The notes beneath the pieces were generated by a model. The model made no database searches and had not been told where the DNA came from. It was given only the letters and a program-made list of their open reading frames with translations. A DNA stretch of 36,464 bases from NCBI GenBank assembly GCA_040752695.1, contig JBFMGO010000053.1, positions 1 to 36,464 on the forward strand, given 5' to 3'. The translations under genes were made by a program, and so were the position numbers. Shown one piece after another: positions 33,582-36,464 of this stretch; within the stretch, counting starts at the first letter, position 1; every line of letters begins with the position of its first letter. Source of the DNA: a bacterium. Its GTDB lineage: Bacteria > SZUA-182 > DTGQ01.

Positions 33582-34796
33582 TCACCAGCCAGCTTTCCTC
33601 TTGATTCCTGCCATTCCGATCAGCCCGAAAAGGAATAGAACGCTTGTGGATGGTATCGGTACAGACGCACTACCGTTAAATTTGGCAATATCCCAGCCGA
33701 TGAGATCCAGAGCAATCAGGTCATTATCAGTAACCAAAAGCACTTCACCCGGAGCAGCGGTTGGATCCATTATTCCAAGCCCAAGGCCGTCCATCCAGTG
33801 AGATGCCTGACGCCCGTTACCATAGTATTGGCCGGTTGACATGAGCACACTTCCATCGCTATAATAGAAAGATTGTGTATCTCCTGGGGTGTAGCTTCCG
33901 GGGACGAGGATGCGGGGTGTGGTGGCAAAGTCGAATGATGGATCTGTCAAGGCACTGGTTTGAAACCGGAAAAAGTCAAGCGGCATCGGCCCCAGGTATT
34001 GATTGACCAGCAATGGGTTATATTTTAAAAGATTATCGATAATATCAATTCCACTGGTGAACCCAAGCGCATGTCCTATTTCGTGCATGGCTATGCCGAC
34101 GAAATCAAATGCGCCTGCATCAACTCCATCAGATGGATCAAAATCCCAGGGGAAATTACTCGAAAAGGTAATAGTGGCATCAGGTAAAGTATCACTTCCG
34201 GATCCCCCCAGCGCATGATAGTTAGCCTGAGATATATAGGAAATGCCGCTGTTAGGATAAAAAGTGTCAAAAGTATTCAAGTCATAATTAGTTGGCAGAT
34301 TGGGAAGCAAGGCATCTTCGCGCACATTGTTCACTTCTCCCGCATTTTGGGACACTATGTTGCGGACGCTGCCATATAGTCCATAAAGGAGCTGCGTGGA
34401 CGATTGGCCAAGGATCCCTGTTCCAAGCGGTTGATAGTCAACACTCAAATTGACGGCGATCGGATCGCTCAAAAGGGAAGACCAGGAATCGACAGCCTGT
34501 TTAAACGCATTCTGCATCGTTACGCTGGCCGTAGCTCCGGGGCCAAAGCTGGAAGTGAATGTAGTGGCAGCAGCAGTAACTGTAGACGTACTGCTTATCA
34601 TGGCGGAGGACTGCGCGGAGGATTGCAAAGAAGTCTGCGCTGGATTTGACATTGGTATTTCCATGATCTCATACGAGTGAAGAATGCTCACTGCATATAC
34701 CGGGGGATTTCCTCCTGATAGGAAAAGGAAGCATGTAACACCAATTACCGTAAGGAAGAAATGGGAGATCATTGTTTTCTCGGTTCTCTTGTGCAT
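33582..34796 (-). CDS. Exosortase-sorted HEXXH zinc metalloprotease (HEIGHALGF type, NF038122-like) with VPIP-CTERM
   Basis: Signal peptide, FDFVGIAMHEIGHALGF, LDFFRF, GRQASHW, GIMDPT, DLIALDLIGWD. C-terminus VPIPSTSVLFLFGLIGMAGI-KRK. AAGGAG upstream of the ATG. Confidence 0.85.
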   Translation of the reverse strand: MHKRTEKTMISHFFLTVIGVTCFLFLSGGNPPVYAVSILHSYEIMEIPMSNPAQTSLQSSAQSSAMISSTSTVTAAATTFTSSFGPGATASVTMQNAFKQAVDSWSSLLSDPIAVNLSVDYQPLGTGILGQSSTQLLYGLYGSVRNIVSQNAGEVNNVREDALLPNLPTNYDLNTFDTFYPNSGISYISQANYHALGGSGSDTLPDATITFSSNFPWDFDPSDGVDAGAFDFVGIAMHEIGHALGFTSGIDIIDNLLKYNPLLVNQYLGPMPLDFFRFQTSALTDPSFDFATTPRILVPGSYTPGDTQSFYYSDGSVLMSTGQYYGNGRQASHWMDGLGLGIMDPTAAPGEVLLVTDNDLIALDLIGWDIAKFNGSASVPIPSTSVLFLFGLIGMAGIKRKAGW

Positions 34797-35004
34797 AGAA
34801 TATATACTCCTTGCTCATGGATAAGATGTTGACTGTTATTAATCCGGCGTACCGACGGTTCCCTTTCATGCATCATAGAGTCAAATGTACATCACTCTCT
34901 CAACCCTCGCTCAATTCCTGCAACGGCTGATCAATTACTCCCACTCCCTTATCCTTAATAAAAATGAAAATTTTTGATACTGTTGAGTTATCCCAAGGAT
35001 AACA

Positions 35005-35020
35005 AGCAAAACTCATGCCC
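35005..35020 (-). promoter_or_regulatory. Sigma54 (-24/-12) promoter
   Basis: Minus strand GGGCATGAGTTTTGCT = GG-N10-GC, identical at 13/16 positions to the 33127-33142 promoter. Confidence 0.65.
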
Positions 35021-35225
35021 TGATATATCCTTGCGTAAAGATTCCTTCTGTTTTCAATAAATACAATCACCGGGGAGGGCAGATTGCCGCAGGGGATCAG
35101 CCAGAAGGGATCCATAATAAATCCGAGTCCGGGAGGAATTTTTCATGACTTAAAACAAATCCCTATCAACGAGATTCACTCATTTTTCGTTAACTGCAAA
35201 GAGAATAAAAAAGGAGTAAGTTACC

Positions 35226-36362
35226 ATGCACATTCTTCACGTTGTAGGTGCCCGGCCCAATTTTATGAAAGCGGCTCCGGTCGCGGCGGCTCTGGGGCAC
35301 AAGGACGGCATTCGGCAAACCATAGTCCACACAGGACAGCATTACGACAGCAACATGTCGGATATCTTCTTCGGTCAGTTAGGGATACCGAAGCCTGATT
35401 TTAATCTGGAGGTTGGTTCGGGGTCACACGCCCAGCAGACAGCCCAGATCATGAGCCGCTTTGAACCGGTGGTGCAGGAGCAAAGGCCCGATCTGGTCGT
35501 GGTCTACGGTGATGTCAATTCCACAGTGGCCGCTACTCTGGTAAGCGTTAAGCTCGGCATTCCCGTCGGGCATGTCGAGGCTGGCCTGCGCTCATTTGAC
35601 CGCACGATGCCGGAAGAAATCAACCGCCTGCTCACCGATCAAATCGCTGACTTGCTCTTTACTCCATCGCTGGACGGGGATGAAAATTTGATGCGGGAGG
35701 GAGTCCCCAAAGAGAAGGTTCACCTGGTGGGGAATGTAATGATCGATACTTTGGTGAGATTGCTCCCAAAAGCAAACGACGAAATCTTGAAGGGACTTTC
35801 GATGGACGGCCCAGCATCTGAGTCTTCAGGAGATAATGGCCTGCCTGCATTCATCCTTGCTCCCTACGCTCTGGTCACGTTGCATCGGCCCTCAAATGTG
35901 GATGATCCTGATATGCTCACCGGCATTATCATTACCCTGAACGAAATCAGTCAGGATCTTCCGGTCATCTTCCCTATTCATCCTCGCACCAGGCAAAGGC
36001 TTCAGAGCTTAAATCTAAAGATCGACTCCTCACGGTTCAAGCTGATTGAGCCAATAGGCTATTTGCAATTCCTGGCCTTGCAGCAGCGGGCAAAGGTTGT
36101 CATTACCGATTCAGGGGGAATCCAGGAAGAGACTACCTTTTTGGGCGTCCCCTGTCTGACGGTACGGGAAAATACAGAACGTCCGATTACGATTACCTCA
36201 GGTACAAACGTGCTGGTGGGGCAAAACATGGGGCGACTCAAGGAGGAGACCAGCCGGATCCTGACCGGGACCGCGAAAAAAGGTTCGGTGCCGCCCCTGT
36301 GGGATGGGAGAGCAAGTGAGCGTATCGCGGATATCATGGAAAAACGGGGGGGATTCTCTTAA
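35226..36362 (+). CDS. wecB: UDP-N-acetylglucosamine 2-epimerase, non-hydrolysing (second paralogue)
   Basis: GARPNFMK, HTGQHYD, VYGDVNST, HVEAGLRS, TDSGGIQEET, RENTERP, WDGRASERI. AAGGAG RBS. Confidence 0.93.
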   Translation: MHILHVVGARPNFMKAAPVAAALGHKDGIRQTIVHTGQHYDSNMSDIFFGQLGIPKPDFNLEVGSGSHAQQTAQIMSRFEPVVQEQRPDLVVVYGDVNSTVAATLVSVKLGIPVGHVEAGLRSFDRTMPEEINRLLTDQIADLLFTPSLDGDENLMREGVPKEKVHLVGNVMIDTLVRLLPKANDEILKGLSMDGPASESSGDNGLPAFILAPYALVTLHRPSNVDDPDMLTGIIITLNEISQDLPVIFPIHPRTRQRLQSLNLKIDSSRFKLIEPIGYLQFLALQQRAKVVITDSGGIQEETTFLGVPCLTVRENTERPITITSGTNVLVGQNMGRLKEETSRILTGTAKKGSVPPLWDGRASERIADIMEKRGGFS

Positions 36363-36412
36363 CGGATGCTTCTTGGGGCTCTTTTTCAAAAAGGACAGCC
36401 TTAAGGCTCATA

Positions 36413-36442
36413 GATAGCCGGAAAAATGATAGCCGGAAAAAT
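36413..36442. repeat. Perfect 15-bp tandem duplication
   Basis: GATAGCCGGAAAAAT x2. Confidence 0.9.
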
Positions 36443-36464
36443 TGCCTTTCCTCTTTTCGAGTGC

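Noticed and set aside
35049..35065. TGT-N11-ACA dyad as an activator site
   Set aside because: It is only about 30 bp from the -24 box, has low information content in AT-rich DNA, and has no counterpart at the other promoter.

Overview
This 36.5-kb window is mostly one co-oriented (+) Wzx/Wzy-type exopolysaccharide locus coupled to an exosortase protein-sorting system. The host is a diderm bacterium; a deltaproteobacterial/Desulfobacterota-like affinity is suggested by gene content only. Gene order on +: 5'-truncated Wza-like export protein, outer-membrane beta-barrel, UDP-GlcNAc 2-epimerase, flippase, a large secreted LamG/beta-helix protein with its own sigma70 promoter, four GT4 glycosyltransferases, Wzy-like polymerase, Gfo/Idh/MocA oxidoreductase, membrane acyltransferase, heparinase II/III-like protein, TagA/CpsF glycosyltransferase, bi-domain oxidoreductase, nucleotide-sugar dehydrogenase, exosortase-EpsI fusion (XrtD-like), WecA/MraY-family initiating transferase and TPR lipoprotein. 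Three proteins with VP[LI]P C-terminal sorting signals follow: one on +, and two on - behind sigma54-type promoters, one of them an HEXXH metalloprotease. A second, divergently transcribed 2-epimerase closes the window. Non-coding highlights are a ~150-bp MITE-like element with a nested dRS3/REP-like palindrome, an orphan minus-strand terminator in an ORF-poor region, a motif shared by both long sigma54 leaders, and about a dozen degenerate short tandem arrays at gene boundaries and in protein loops. No rRNA, tRNA, CRISPR array or transposase was seen. All family calls come from motif recognition by eye, not from database searches.
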